A DNA stretch of 64,000 bases from Prasinococcaceae sp. CCMP 1430 (taxonomy: Eukaryota; Plantae; Prasinodermophyta): positions 211,736-275,735 of the forward strand of contig RQSC01000019.1 in the NCBI GenBank assembly GCA_013416795.1, read 5' to 3'. Made by a program: the position numbers and the translations under genes. Below the pieces are notes generated by a model. It had not been told where the DNA came from. It did no database searches and was given only the letters and a program-made list of their open reading frames with translations. Of the stretch, positions 32,587 through 43,211 are shown piece after piece. Position 1 is the stretch's first letter. Every line of letters begins with the position of its first letter.

Positions 32587-35500
32587 TCACGCGCTGGCGG
32601 CCTCGAGCTCGGCAATGGGGACGTAGACGAGGTCCTCCGGGACGACGGGCTCGCAGCGCGAGCACAGCGTGGGGTGCCTCTCCGACTGGCCCACGGTGGT
32701 GGAGTACGTCCAGCAGCGCTCGCACTTGCAGCCGTGCGCGTTGGTGACGCCCAGGGTGACGACGCCCAGCCCGTCCACCTCCGCCTCGGCGACGAAGGCG
32801 GGGCACTCCGCGCGCACGGCGTCGGCGTCGGCGCACATCTCCACGCCGCTCACCAGCAGCGCGTAGCGCAGCTCGTCCACGCCGTTGCCCTCGCCCTCCT
32901 CGGCGCACGCCGCTGCCAGCCGCGCGGCGCCCGCGGCGTCGGTGGCGTGCAGGCACACGCGCGCCTCGAGCGACGCGCCGATGACCTTCTCCCCGCGCGC
33001 CGACTCCATGAGCTTGTTCACCTCGTCGCGCAGCGCCGCCACGCTGTTCCACAGCGCGTTACCCTCGTCGCCGGCGCCCGCCGCCCACTCCGCCTCCGTC
33101 GCCGCGAAGCCCGCCTCGAACACCGACTGCGCGCCGCCGGCCTCCTCCCACGGAATCGCCTGGAAGGCGTCCTCGGCCATGTGCGGCGTGAGGGGCGCCA
33201 GCATGCGCACGTACGCGCGCACGGTCGCCGCGAGGACCGTCTGGCACGAGCGCCTGCGGAAATCGTCCGCGGCGGAGATGTACAGGCGGTCCTTGCCCAT
33301 GTCGAAGTAAAAGTTGGACAGCTCCACCACCGCGAACTGGTTGAGCGCCTGGTAGGCTCGGAAGAACTGGTACTGGTCGTACGCGCCCTCCACTTCCCTC
33401 ACCAGGGCGTCCAGCTTGGCCAGCATGAACTTGTCGAGGCTCGGGAGCTCGGCGTGCGGCACCGCGTGCACCTCGGGGTCGTAGTCGTCCAGCGTCCCCA
33501 GCATGAAGCGCATGGTGCCGCGCAGCTTGCGGTAGACGTCCGCCACCTGCGCGAGGATGCCCTTGCCGATGAGCACGTCCGTCGAGTAGTCGACGGACGC
33601 CACCCACAGGCGCAGCACGTCGGCGCCGTACGGGGGCTCCTGCTTCTGGTTGTTGCCCCCGTTGATCACCAGGCGGGGATCGACCACGTTGCCCAGCGAC
33701 TTGCTCATCTTGGTGCCCTTCTCGTCCAGCACGAAGCCGTGCGTGAGCACGCGCTCGTACGGCGCGCGGCCCTCGGACGCCACCGCCGTGAGCAGCGAGC
33801 TCTGGAACCAGCCGCGGTGCTGGTCGCTGCCCTCGAGGTACAGGTTGGCGGGGAACTCGAGGCCCTCGCGCGCCTGCACCACCGCCGCCCAGCTCGAGCC
33901 CGAGTCGAACCACACGTCCATCGTGTCCATGCCCTTGCGCAGGCCCGGCGCCAGGTGGCGGTGCGCCTCCGGCAGGAGCTCCTCGATGGACATGGACCAC
34001 CACGCGTCCGAGCCGTGCTCGCGGAAGACCCCCTCGATGTGCTCGAGCGTCTCCTCGTTGAGCAGCGGCTCCCCGGAGTCGGTGTCGTAGAACACGGGGA
34101 TGGGCACGCCCCAGGTGCGCTGGCGCGAGATGCACCAGTCCGAGCGCCCCTCGGTCATGGACGTGATGCGCTTCTCGCCGCTCGCGGGGAACCACTGCAC
34201 GCCGCGGATCGCGCTGAGCGCCGACTCGCGGAAGCCCTCCACGCTCGCGAACCACTGCTCCGTCGCGCGGAAGATCGTCGGCTTCTTGGTGCGCCAGTCG
34301 TAGGGGTACTTGTGGTTGTACGGCTCCTCCTTGAGCAGCGCGCCGGCCGCCACCATGCGCTGCACGATCTCCTCGTTGCCCTTGTCCAGCACGGGCAGCC
34401 CCTCGAGGCCCTCGCCGGCCTCCGCGGTGAAGCGCCCGCGATCGTCCACGGGCGACAGCAGCGGCAGGCCGTACTTCTGGCCCGTCACGTAGTCCTCCGC
34501 GCCGTGCCCGGGCGCGGTGTGCACGAGGCCCGTGCCGCTCTCGGTGGTGATGTACTCGCCGCCGATCACCACCGGGGACGTGCGCCCCGCCAGCGGGTGC
34601 ACGTAGCTGCTGCCCTCGATGTCCTTCCCCTTGAGCGACGCCACCGTGCGGAGATCGACGCCCAGCTTGGCCGCGAGGGCGTCCTTGAGCCCCTCCGCCA
34701 CCAGGAGGTACTTGGTCGGCCACGGCAGCGGCGCGCCTGCCTCGTCCTCGGCGGCGGCCGCCGCGGCGCCGTCCGCCTCCACGAGCACGTACTCGAGCCG
34801 CTCGTTGACCGCCACCGCGAGGTTGGCCGGGATCGTCCACGGCGTCGTCGTCCACACGGCGACGCCGACGTCCGACGCCGACGCCCCCGCGGGCAGGGCG
34901 CCCGAGAGCGCGTCCGACGCGGCCTCCAGCTTGAACGCCGCGTAGATAGAGCGGGACACGTGGCCCTCCGGGTACTCGAGCTCGGCCTCGGCGAGAGCCG
35001 TCTGGCTCGAGGGGCTCCAGTTGACGGGCTTCAGGCCCCTGTAGATGTGCCCATTGAGCACCATGCGGCCGAACACGCCGACCTGCGCGGCCTCGTACTC
35101 GGGCTTGAGCGTGAGGTACGGGTCGGACCAGTCGCCGAGCAGGCCGTAGCGCATGAACTGGTCGCGCTGCTTGTCCACGGTCTCCAGCGCGAAGGCCTTG
35201 GCCTTCTCGCGGAGCGTGACCGGCGTGAGCGCGGCGCGCTCGTCCTTCTTGAGCGACTGGAGCACCTTCAGCTCGATGGGCAGCCCGTGCGTGTCCCAGC
35301 CCGGCACGTAGCGCACGCGCTTGCCCTGCAGGGCCTGGTAGCGGTTGATGAAGTCCTTGAGGATCTTGTTGAGCGCGTGGCCGATGTGCAGGTCGCCGTT
35401 CGCGTACGGCGGGCCGTCGTGCAGCGTGAACGGCTCGGCGCCCTCGCGCGAGCTGATGCGCTCGTACACGCCCTCCTCCTGCCAGAACGCCTGAATCTCG

Positions 35501-35697
35501 GGCTCGCGCTTGACGCTGTTGGCGCGCAGCTCGAAGGGCGTCTTCGGCAGCCGCACGGTGTCCGAGTACACGCTCTTGGGCTTCTTGGGCTTGCGACCCT
35601 TGCCGCCGCCCTTGCCGCCGCCCTTGCCGCCGCCGTTGGCCGCGGCCGCGCACCTGCGGTGCGCCGGCGCCAGCGCGCTCGTGTGGCCGCCCGGCAC
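32587..35697 (-). CDS. ileS: Isoleucine-tRNA ligase, bacterial type 1 (organellar), with C-terminal zinc finger; start unresolved
   Basis: LHDGPPYANGDLHIGH, PGWDTHGLPIE, WTTTPWTIPAN, GTGLVHTAPGHG, DWCISRQRTWG, EGSDQHRGWF, KMSKS, CERCW. Confidence 0.97.
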   Translation of the reverse strand: MPGGHTSALAPAHRRCAAAANGGGKGGGKGGGKGRKPKKPKSVYSDTVRLPKTPFELRANSVKREPEIQAFWQEEGVYERISSREGAEPFTLHDGPPYANGDLHIGHALNKILKDFINRYQALQGKRVRYVPGWDTHGLPIELKVLQSLKKDERAALTPVTLREKAKAFALETVDKQRDQFMRYGLLGDWSDPYLTLKPEYEAAQVGVFGRMVLNGHIYRGLKPVNWSPSSQTALAEAELEYPEGHVSRSIYAAFKLEAASDALSGALPAGASASDVGVAVWTTTPWTIPANLAVAVNERLEYVLVEADGAAAAAAEDEAGAPLPWPTKYLLVAEGLKDALAAKLGVDLRTVASLKGKDIEGSSYVHPLAGRTSPVVIGGEYITTESGTGLVHTAPGHGAEDYVTGQKYGLPLLSPVDDRGRFTAEAGEGLEGLPVLDKGNEEIVQRMVAAGALLKEEPYNHKYPYDWRTKKPTIFRATEQWFASVEGFRESALSAIRGVQWFPASGEKRITSMTEGRSDWCISRQRTWGVPIPVFYDTDSGEPLLNEETLEHIEGVFREHGSDAWWSMSIEELLPEAHRHLAPGLRKGMDTMDVWFDSGSSWAAVVQAREGLEFPANLYLEGSDQHRGWFQSSLLTAVASEGRAPYERVLTHGFVLDEKGTKMSKSLGNVVDPRLVINGGNNQKQEPPYGADVLRLWVASVDYSTDVLIGKGILAQVADVYRKLRGTMRFMLGTLDDYDPEVHAVPHAELPSLDKFMLAKLDALVREVEGAYDQYQFFRAYQALNQFAVVELSNFYFDMGKDRLYISAADDFRRRSCQTVLAATVRAYVRMLAPLTPHMAEDAFQAIPWEEAGGAQSVFEAGFAATEAEWAAGAGDEGNALWNSVAALRDEVNKLMESARGEKVIGASLEARVCLHATDAAGAARLAAACAEEGEGNGVDELRYALLVSGVEMCADADAVRAECPAFVAEAEVDGLGVVTLGVTNAHGCKCERCWTYSTTVGQSERHPTLCSRCEPVVPEDLVYVPIAELEAASA

Positions 35698-36552
35698 GCG
35701 CCCACGCGCGCACGTCAGGGCTTACGCGCGCGCGCGCGCGGGGGCGAACCGAACAAACGCGCGCTTTGGCCCAACGAAAATACGTGACTCGTATCGTACG
35801 TTTGCATGCATAAACCGCGCTTATGCTCACTCGAAATCCCAATCCGCCAATATTATGGAACCTGCGTCGAATAAACCCTTAATGGTGCTTTGGGTTTGGT
35901 CCGAGCGAGAGGGCGCGGCCGCGGCGGCCGCCACGTCGCCCTTTTTTTTCCAAGGCTTTTTTTCCGCGTCGGAGCGCGCCGCGCGTTTTGGTTCGAAATG
36001 ATGGGGAAAGCCACGCGCAGGAAAAAAAAAGTGAGCCCACATCGCATTCGCGTGCAAGCGAAACACCGTCACGTCACACACGCGCGGGTCGGAGCTATTG
36101 CGGTGGACCGGGTATCACAACCGGTCAATTCACCCCGACGCCGGATTAATCCCGTTTCGGGTAAAGGTGAATCGGGTGTGTGCGCGGTATGTGGTTGAGA
36201 TGGGCGTGGTGTGTGTCGCCGGCGGGGGCGAAGCGCCTTCGTTTTGATCTTCTTTCGTTTTGACGTGCCGTCCGTCGGCGCCCCAGCCCCGCCCACCCCC
36301 GCCGGTGACTGGCGAGGCGCGTCGCGCGCGCCCCGGGTGCCGCCGCCCTGACCCCGGTCTCACTCGGATTTGACCGGGTGTGTACGACCTGTCCACCCCG
36401 GTAAATCGGAGGGACCCCCGCTTGCGTATCTGGTTCGGCCAGGGAAACGAGTGGCGTGGAGTGCACGGGCGCGCGCGCGCGCGATATCTCGCGACCGCAA
36501 CATCTTTGGGGTCAATCCAAACAATAGGGTTTATTATTAGATCCATGTTGAC

Positions 36553-37443
36553 GTGCAATCACCCGTCGTTGGGGGGTGGGGTGGGAAAACCCGAACCGGT
36601 GAGACGGCGAGAAAGAAGCGCGCGCGCGCGCGCGCGCGCGCGCGCGTGGCGCGGCCCCGGTCGAAACGCACGCGCGCGCGGCCTAGTGCGCGGNCGGCGG
36701 CGGAGCGCCTCAACACGGTGCCGCCGTGGGACGAGGCGCGCGCGCGCCTCAAGGCGGGCGCGGGGGTCGAGTCGTTGGCGCGTGGGAGCGCCGAGCGGTG
36801 CCTCCGCGACGGCGTGTGGCGCTCGTACGATAGCGCGAGGCCCAGCCGGCCGGCCGTGGTGCTCGACGTGCGCCGCGAGTCGGCGTTCGCGGCGGAGCAC
36901 CTCCCGGGCTCGGTCAACCTGCCCATCTTCACCGAGGACGTCGCGGGCGTCGTGCAGCAGTCGACGCTGTCGCCGACCGACATGATGCTGAACAACAACT
37001 ACCTGTTCCGGTACTTGAGCCTCGGGACGGTCATCAACGAAACGTTCGTCGACAAGGCACTGGAGGTCGTGGAGGGTGACCTCGACACCCCGCTGTTCGT
37101 CATGTGCGCGCGCGGCGGGAACCTCGACGCCACGAACGACGCCTTCGGGCGAGGCGTTCCGTCGCACAGCCTCGTCGCCATCGATGCCCTGCGCTCGGCG
37201 GGCTTCAGCAACGTCATGCACGTGGAGAAGGGGTACTATGGGACGCCAGACGACGCCCTCTGCGAGACCCGCACGGTGCCCGCGAACGCGCCGCACAAGG
37301 TGCTCTCCGGCGGGCTCGTCGCGCTCACCCTGGGAATCCTCTTCGCACCGACCATCTCGGGCGTGCTCACCCACTTCGTGCCTGGAGACATCGACCTCGC
37401 CGTGCTCAGCGCGTCGCAGCTGCTGAGCTCGCCGTGGGAGTGA
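36553..37443 (+). CDS. Rhodanese-like domain protein with C-terminal TM helix (plastid STR type); 5' end uncertain (n at 36694)
   Basis: VVLDVRRESAFAAEHLPGSVNLP, LFVMCARGG, SLVAIDALRSAGFSNVMHVEKGY. Confidence 0.8.
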   Translation: MQSPVVGGWGGKTRTGETARKKRARARARARVARPRSKRTRARPSARXAAERLNTVPPWDEARARLKAGAGVESLARGSAERCLRDGVWRSYDSARPSRPAVVLDVRRESAFAAEHLPGSVNLPIFTEDVAGVVQQSTLSPTDMMLNNNYLFRYLSLGTVINETFVDKALEVVEGDLDTPLFVMCARGGNLDATNDAFGRGVPSHSLVAIDALRSAGFSNVMHVEKGYYGTPDDALCETRTVPANAPHKVLSGGLVALTLGILFAPTISGVLTHFVPGDIDLAVLSASQLLSSPWE

Positions 37444-37755
37444 GCCAAACCAACACCGCACACGTGCGCACGCAACCCACCTACACCCAACCGCATCATC
37501 GACGCTCGCGCACACACGCGCGCAGCGAAGCGAAGCCAATCCCGATGGGCGCTCAACACAGGAGGGCGCCGCGCTGAAAGTGGCGGCAGGCAAGAATCTG
37601 CGCGCTCGGCCGTGCGTATGCGCGCAGCACCAACTCCGCTGGCTGGCCTGCCGAGTTGCATGTATGAGTAGGGAGAGAAAGTAGAGATCACTCTAGTAGA
37701 GAGGAAGAGCACGAGTGGTAGAAGAAGTACATTATTGTATAAGAATGTCGACACC

Positions 37756-39891
37756 TCATGCCACTCCCGCGGGCATCGCGGCATGCGCCACCTCCATGGC
37801 GCCTGTCGACGGGGCTGCCGCCACAGTGGCCTCGGAGGCGCCCACCGGCGCCGGCCCCTTCCTGCCGTTGCCAAGGAGCGAGATGGTCTCCAGACCTTTC
37901 ACCGACGCCTGGATTGGCGACAGCGGCGAGCGCGCGTCGGGACCCTCACACGCATCGAGCGCGCGCGCGGAGTGTTGCCTCAATGCGGTCGCCTGCGTGC
38001 CGTCTGCGTCGCTCTCGCGCGTCGCGAGCGTCGGGCGTCCTCCGTCGGTGTCCCCCCCGGCTGTCCACTCCTTGAGAGCGCGCAGCTCCTCGCGCTCGAG
38101 CTCCAGGCGCTCGCGCTGGCGCTTCAGGCGCTCCTCATCGGCGGCAGACTGCACCTCCAGCGCCTTGATGGTAGCGAGGAGCGACAGTGCGCGCGCGCGG
38201 CGTCGCTCGCGGGCGTCATGCGCAGCACGCTGGCGCGCGGCGAACTCGAGCGTCACGCCGCTCACGAGTTCGGGGATGCGCGCGATATCCATGCCAGCAG
38301 CGGAGAGAACCTGCGCGCCCGCGCGGGCGCCCACCGTGTGAGCGAGCGCTGCACGCGCGCGCAGGGCGTGCGCGCCGAGCTCGGATCCTGCATCGGGGTG
38401 CGCCCACGGCGCCGGGAGCGGCTGCAGGTGCACCAGCTGCAGAAGCCACAGGTCCGAGAGGGCGCGCGTGCCGTCCCAGCCACCGAAGGCAATCGCGGAT
38501 GCCGCGCCGGCGGATACCGCAGCGGCGTGCGACCGCGCGCAAGGGCCCGCCGCGCCGACGCCCACGTCAATCGGGCCGCGTGCACCACCCCCAGTAGAAT
38601 CGGCTGGCCCTTCGCCATCGCCACACGCGCACTCACTCACCAGCGCGCCTTCCCGTGTAGCCACGCCCTCGACCGCGGCCCCGCCGCCGCCCGCTCCTTC
38701 GCCCGGCAGCGTCGCGAGCATAGTGTCGATAGCCTCCGCGTAGCACCTGTGACTGCTCGGATTCATCGCGCCGTACATCGCGGCCGCGTCGGCGCTGAGC
38801 GCCGCGGTCGCGTCGGACGCGCCGGCGGCACCCACCGCCGCTTCGAGGGCGAGCACCTCCGAGTCGGGCATCGCGTGGCCGAAGAGCGCAAACAGGCGGC
38901 GCGGGCCGAAGCTGTGGGCGCCCGCGCCCGCGCCGCCTGCGCCGTCTTCGCCGCCCAACGCGACCGCACAGTGGCCCATGCGCGCGCCCACGCCCTTGCA
39001 CGGTCGCCGCCGCCAGCGCATCTCGACCAGGTCGAGCGTGAAGACCGCGTCACTCGGCCCGCGCGGGCTGGCGCCGCCCGAGAGGACGAGCTGCCAGCCA
39101 TTCGCCGTGAGCGCGTGCCCCGACACCGGTGGCAGCTCGGCGTCCCCCGCCACCGCAGGCCTCGACCAGTGCATGCGCTCGAGGTCGAGCACGTAGAGGT
39201 CGGCCAGTCGCTGCTCGCCGTCGTAGCCGCCTACCACTACCATGGCGCTCGAGGAGATCATGCAGGCCGCGTGTCCCTCGCGCGCGCAGGGCGCCTCGCC
39301 CGTGCACGCCAGCTGGCGCCACGCTCCGCCTGCCAGGTCGTACGCGCAGGGGTGCGCCAAGAGGCACCCAGAGCTGCGACCGCCGAAGACGACGACGCTG
39401 CTCTGCGCCGCCCACAGCACGGCGCTATGAAATGCGCGCCCGCTGAAAGCGCGCCAGCCCTGCGCGCCCCCCTGCGCGCCGTTCACCCGCTCCCACTTCA
39501 TCGACGTGAGGTCCAGCCACCACCCCTCCGCGCTGCCGGTAGGCTCCTCAGCCGACACGCCGCCGAGCACCAGCAGCGCGTCGCGTGGCGCGGCCGCGGC
39601 GCCGAGGGTGTCCACACATGCGCGCCTGCACGCCGTCATGGTGTGGCCGTACCTTCCCGCGGGCGCTCCGCCGCCGCCGCCGCCGCCGCCGGCGCGCACG
39701 CGCACCTGGGCGCGTCGCCCGCCGCGACCGCCATCGCCCGCCGCGACGTCGCCTCGAGCTCCAGCGCCACATCGCCCACCGCCATCGCCTCCTCGCGCCC
39801 CCTTGCCCCAGCGGCCTTGCGGCCGCCGGCTGGGGCGCTCGCCGGCTCGCGCGCCCGATGTGGCTCCCTCCCTCCCTCCCTCCCGCGCCAC
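37756..39891 (-). CDS. Kelch-repeat protein with C-terminal coiled coil
   Basis: RYGHTM...LLVLGG, AFHSAV...VVVFGG, AREGHAA...VVVGGYDG, VSGHAL...LVLSGG, RMGHCA, RSHAAA...IAFGGWDG. Internal introns are not excluded. Confidence 0.75.
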   Translation of the reverse strand: MAREGGREGATSGARAGERPSRRPQGRWGKGARGGDGGGRCGAGARGDVAAGDGGRGGRRAQVRVRAGGGGGGGGAPAGRYGHTMTACRRACVDTLGAAAAPRDALLVLGGVSAEEPTGSAEGWWLDLTSMKWERVNGAQGGAQGWRAFSGRAFHSAVLWAAQSSVVVFGGRSSGCLLAHPCAYDLAGGAWRQLACTGEAPCAREGHAACMISSSAMVVVGGYDGEQRLADLYVLDLERMHWSRPAVAGDAELPPVSGHALTANGWQLVLSGGASPRGPSDAVFTLDLVEMRWRRRPCKGVGARMGHCAVALGGEDGAGGAGAGAHSFGPRRLFALFGHAMPDSEVLALEAAVGAAGASDATAALSADAAAMYGAMNPSSHRCYAEAIDTMLATLPGEGAGGGGAAVEGVATREGALVSECACGDGEGPADSTGGGARGPIDVGVGAAGPCARSHAAAVSAGAASAIAFGGWDGTRALSDLWLLQLVHLQPLPAPWAHPDAGSELGAHALRARAALAHTVGARAGAQVLSAAGMDIARIPELVSGVTLEFAARQRAAHDARERRRARALSLLATIKALEVQSAADEERLKRQRERLELEREELRALKEWTAGGDTDGGRPTLATRESDADGTQATALRQHSARALDACEGPDARSPLSPIQASVKGLETISLLGNGRKGPAPVGASEATVAAAPSTGAMEVAHAAMPAGVA

Positions 39892-40196
39892 TGCGCCACT
39901 GCGCCACTCCCTCGGCCTGTGCCCCCTCGCAACCGTACGCGGAGCAGGGCGAATCTACGGAAAAGTCATCCGCGTACACACCATTTCAATCCATTGGAAT
40001 CAATTCAGAACTTCCATCCGAAATGCAATCCGCGGGCTGCAGGTCGTCGGTCGGAGAACGCAGGCGGGCGAAACGGGAGGGGGGGGGGGGAGGGGAGGTG
40101 CCAGTCGCCTCGCGGCGGCCCCGCGCGAGCGACGACGGCCCCCCTCGCGCGGCTGCTGGGCGTCGTCCCGATCGAGGAGGCCGGCCGAGGCGAGTG

Positions 40197-41804
40197 ATGG
40201 TGTCGTTCCGGGAGGGCGCCGCGCAGCGGCAGCTGTGCTTCGACGCGCCCGCAAGCGTCGAGGGCGCGCACGGGCGCAGGCACGCGGGCAAGGCGACGCG
40301 CAGCGGCATCGGCCCAGAGCTCGTGCCCAGGGCAGATGCGAGCCAGCGGGAGGAATTTGCGGCGGCATATGGGGAGGAGCATGTCGATAAGGACACCGCC
40401 AGCGTGCTGGGGCCTGGCATGGTGCCCACGGCTGAGGGATCGCGCAGGGAGGAGTACTTGAGCGTGTACGGGGAGCAGCACCTAGACAAAGACACCGCCA
40501 GCGTGCTGGGGCCTGGCATGGTGCCCACGGCTGAGGGATCGCGCAGGGAGGAGTACTTGAGCGTGTACGGGGAGCAGCACCTAGACAAAGACACCGCCAG
40601 CGTGCTGGGGCCTGGCATGGTGCCCCTGAGCTCCGAGGTGGTCGAGGCGAACAAGAACGTTCTAAGCAAAATGGAGGGCGGGTGTGAGATCGTGCTCGCG
40701 ATGCGCGCCAACGGCAGCTCGCCTCTGACTGACCCCATCGACAGCGCGACGGAGCGCCTGAGTGTTGCGAGCCTAGGCCGGGCCGAGGTGGGTGGCCCAA
40801 TCTCCGAGTGGGAGCCTGAGGCGGGACCTGCACGTTCGACCGCCCAAGACGCGTATGGGCACGGCTCAGCGGACGTGCGCGGCTCTGGTTTACCGCGTCG
40901 TGGGCGGCCGGCTGGCGCGCGGCCTGGCAGCCATTGCGCGCCACGGCAGCGGCTCGATCCAGCCTCGTTGCCAGCGGCAGGCCTGTCGCCGGCGGCGGCG
41001 CGTGCGCACTCGGCAGAGATGAGTGGCTATGACGTATCGCGGCAGCGCTGCCGGGACGCCGCTGAGGAGCAGGTGCAGGAGCTGCTTTCACCCGCAGCGC
41101 GCGGCGTGCTCAGCCCGGACGCCTCCGGCCGGACGACCTCGCGTGCGTCTGCCTCGCAGCGCCAGTCGTCGACTCATCAGAACCTCGACCCAGCCTCGTT
41201 GCCAGCGGCAGGCCTGTCGCCGGCGGCGGCGCGTGCGCACTCGGCAGAGATGAGTGGCTATGACGTATCGCGGCAGCGCTGCCGGGACGCCGCTGAGGAG
41301 CAGGTGCAGGAGCTGCTTTCACCCGCAGCGCGCGGCGTGCTCAGCCCGGACGCCTCCGGCCGGACGACCTCGCGTGCGTCTGCCTCGCAGCGCCAGTCGT
41401 CGACGCATCAGACGTACGGCTGGCACTCGGGATACTACGCGCGGGCGGCGCGTTCGAACATCGGTGTGTGGACTGGCGGCGACCATGTGCACGTGCTGCT
41501 GCCGCGACACGCCGCCGCGCCGTGCGAGGCAACGGCAGCCTTCGCCACTACGCGTGACAACCAGCGCGAGGTGTGCGTGGCAGTCATGCAGGGCGCCCGC
41601 CCGCGCGCCTCGGAGAATGCGCTGATGCTCAACGCGGACGTGAGGGTACCTCCCGCGCCAGCGGGCGCGCAGCACGTGGAGATCACGCTGCGCCTCGACA
41701 AAGAGGAGCGATTACACGTCAGAGCGGGGGTCGCAGGTGCCACGAGCGACGCGCTACTGTGGCGCGAGACCGCCGATGGCACGATGGTCCGGGTGCCAGG
41801 GTAG
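40197..41804 (+). CDS. Repeat-containing protein with an isolated C-terminal Hsp70 substrate-binding beta-domain
   Basis: C-terminal VLLPRHAAAPCEATAAFATTRDNQREVCVAVMQGARPRASENALM...VPPAPAGAQHVEITLRLDKEERLHVRA aligns by eye to the Hsp70 SBD (LIPRNT.P....F.T..DNQ..V...V.QGER..A.DN...IPPAP.G...IEVTF.ID..G.L.V.A). No ATPase domain is present. Confidence 0.6.
   Translation: MVSFREGAAQRQLCFDAPASVEGAHGRRHAGKATRSGIGPELVPRADASQREEFAAAYGEEHVDKDTASVLGPGMVPTAEGSRREEYLSVYGEQHLDKDTASVLGPGMVPTAEGSRREEYLSVYGEQHLDKDTASVLGPGMVPLSSEVVEANKNVLSKMEGGCEIVLAMRANGSSPLTDPIDSATERLSVASLGRAEVGGPISEWEPEAGPARSTAQDAYGHGSADVRGSGLPRRGRPAGARPGSHCAPRQRLDPASLPAAGLSPAAARAHSAEMSGYDVSRQRCRDAAEEQVQELLSPAARGVLSPDASGRTTSRASASQRQSSTHQNLDPASLPAAGLSPAAARAHSAEMSGYDVSRQRCRDAAEEQVQELLSPAARGVLSPDASGRTTSRASASQRQSSTHQTYGWHSGYYARAARSNIGVWTGGDHVHVLLPRHAAAPCEATAAFATTRDNQREVCVAVMQGARPRASENALMLNADVRVPPAPAGAQHVEITLRLDKEERLHVRAGVAGATSDALLWRETADGTMVRVPG
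40348..40626 (+). repeat. 99-bp coding tandem repeat, ~2.8 copies (33 aa)
   Basis: Units start at 40348, 40447 and 40546, encoding REEYLSVYGEQHLDKDTASVLGPGMVPTAEGSR. Copies 2 and 3 are identical over their shared length. Confidence 0.95.
40953..41411 (+). repeat. 231-bp coding tandem duplication (77 aa x2), near-identical
   Basis: Copies start at 40953 and 41184 (LDPASLPAAGLSPAAARAHS...QRQSSTHQ). The only differences I spotted are synonymous: gat/gac and act/acg. Confidence 0.95.
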
Positions 41805-41984
41805 GGGCAGTCTCGGGTGGCGGGCGCGCTCCAGTGCAGGCATGTCCGAGGTAATCCAATACAATTTATAAATGTCCTGGCGCTGTGATAACACGAATTC
41901 ATGCATGGACGCGCCCCGGCAGCTGCTGGCGTCGCGGACCTCCGTGGGTGGCGCCGGCTGGGGCGCAGGGCAGTTGCCACCGCC

Positions 41985-42755
41985 TCACGACGGCGGTGCG
42001 AACTTCGGCACAATGGCCAGGGGGCCGGTGCTGTTGTCCAGCCTGATGGGGAGGATTTCCTGGTACGCGGCCGAAGCCTTCCATTCCAGGGCCTTTTCCA
42101 CGGACGTGAAGCCCAAGATGATGCCAAGGTCGAAGTCTTCCTTCGTCGTGCGCTCGTGGTACGCGCCTCCACCCTTGGGGAAAATTGCGCGCATCACGTA
42201 GCCGCCGAAGCCGGCCAGAGTAGCGGGCAATTTGGGCGGGTATCCCATCATCGCAGGATCGGTGATCTTGATGTACCCGCAGAGGAACGCCTGTGGATCC
42301 TCGATCATCGGCAGGCCGTCCGCCTCAGAATCGGCACCCTCCGCGACGATGAGTGGCCCCGTGCTCGCGTCGAGGCGCAGGTTGACGATTTCCTGGTACG
42401 CGGCCGAACTCTTCCACTCCATGGCCTTCTCGACGGAGTCGAACTCGAGCGCCACGACGTAGGTGTAGTCGTCCGCGGTGGTGCGCTCGGCGTACGGGGC
42501 GGGACCCTGCGCGCATCGTGCAGCGGCGTCAGCAAGAGTCGGGGCAGAGGCAGTGGCAGGAGCCGTCGGCGCGGGGCGCATACGCCGCGCGCTGGCGACG
42601 GGCGAGCGCGCCGCGCGCACCTCTGGGAAGACGTGCTTGAGCAAGAGCTTGCCGCCGAAGGGGCCAAGCGTCGGCCCGAATTTGGAGACGTAGTCGCCGT
42701 GCATCTCGGGGTCGTGCACCTTGCCGAAAAGCAAGACGTACCCCTTGCGGCCCAT
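41985..42755 (-). CDS. Tandem DUF1330 (dimeric alpha-beta barrel) protein; exons 42755-42621 and 42506-41985
   Basis: Two copies of the pattern: GYVLLFGKVHDPE..DY...FGG...LEFDSVEKAMEWKSSAAYQEIVNLRLDASTG and LGFTSVEKALEWKASAAYQEILPIRLDNSTG. 114-bp GTGCGC/ctgac/GCAG intron. Confidence 0.78.
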   Translation of the reverse strand: MGRKGYVLLFGKVHDPEMHGDYVSKFGPTLGPFGGKLLLKHVFPEVRAARSPVASARRMRPAPTAPATASAPTLADAAARCAQGPAPYAERTTADDYTYVVALEFDSVEKAMEWKSSAAYQEIVNLRLDASTGPLIVAEGADSEADGLPMIEDPQAFLCGYIKITDPAMMGYPPKLPATLAGFGGYVMRAIFPKGGGAYHERTTKEDFDLGIILGFTSVEKALEWKASAAYQEILPIRLDNSTGPLAIVPKFAPPS

Positions 42756-43211
42756 GGTTGCAGGCAGGCGTGCAACGCTCTTACGTGAGGCTCTGCGAGA
42801 TCCCGCGCGCGGCGTCTGGTGTGGCGCGACCTGCAGCGCGGCGCAGCAGCACGCCCGAGAAAGCAATCTGCCCGCCATCGGCGCTCGGGCGAAGCACGTG
42901 CGTGGGCCCGCGTTTGTGCTGCCCGCCCTCTCGCGCGATCCCCCCCCCCCCCGCGTCCACGCCCGGCACGCGCCCCGTGCGTGCGCGCGCCCGCTAACAA
43001 CGGTAACCGCCGCGCGCGGCGCACCCCAACTGTAACCGATGCGCCGCCCCCTTTTCGCGCCCCGCGAAACCGCCCGCCGCACATCTCCGCGGTCGCGCGA
43101 GCCTTCGGCGCGTGCGAAATTCGGCGGTGGCGGCTGCGAAAAAAAAAGGATTCAGAAAGTCCCTATTTGACCTCAACCTAAATATCTTTGTGATTCAGAC
43201 CCTGAGAGATC

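Noticed and set aside
40348-41411. Possible CRISPR-like or mobile repeat array
   Set aside because: The units are contiguous with no unique spacers, have 3n lengths and are in frame within one ORF, so they are coding tandem repeats.
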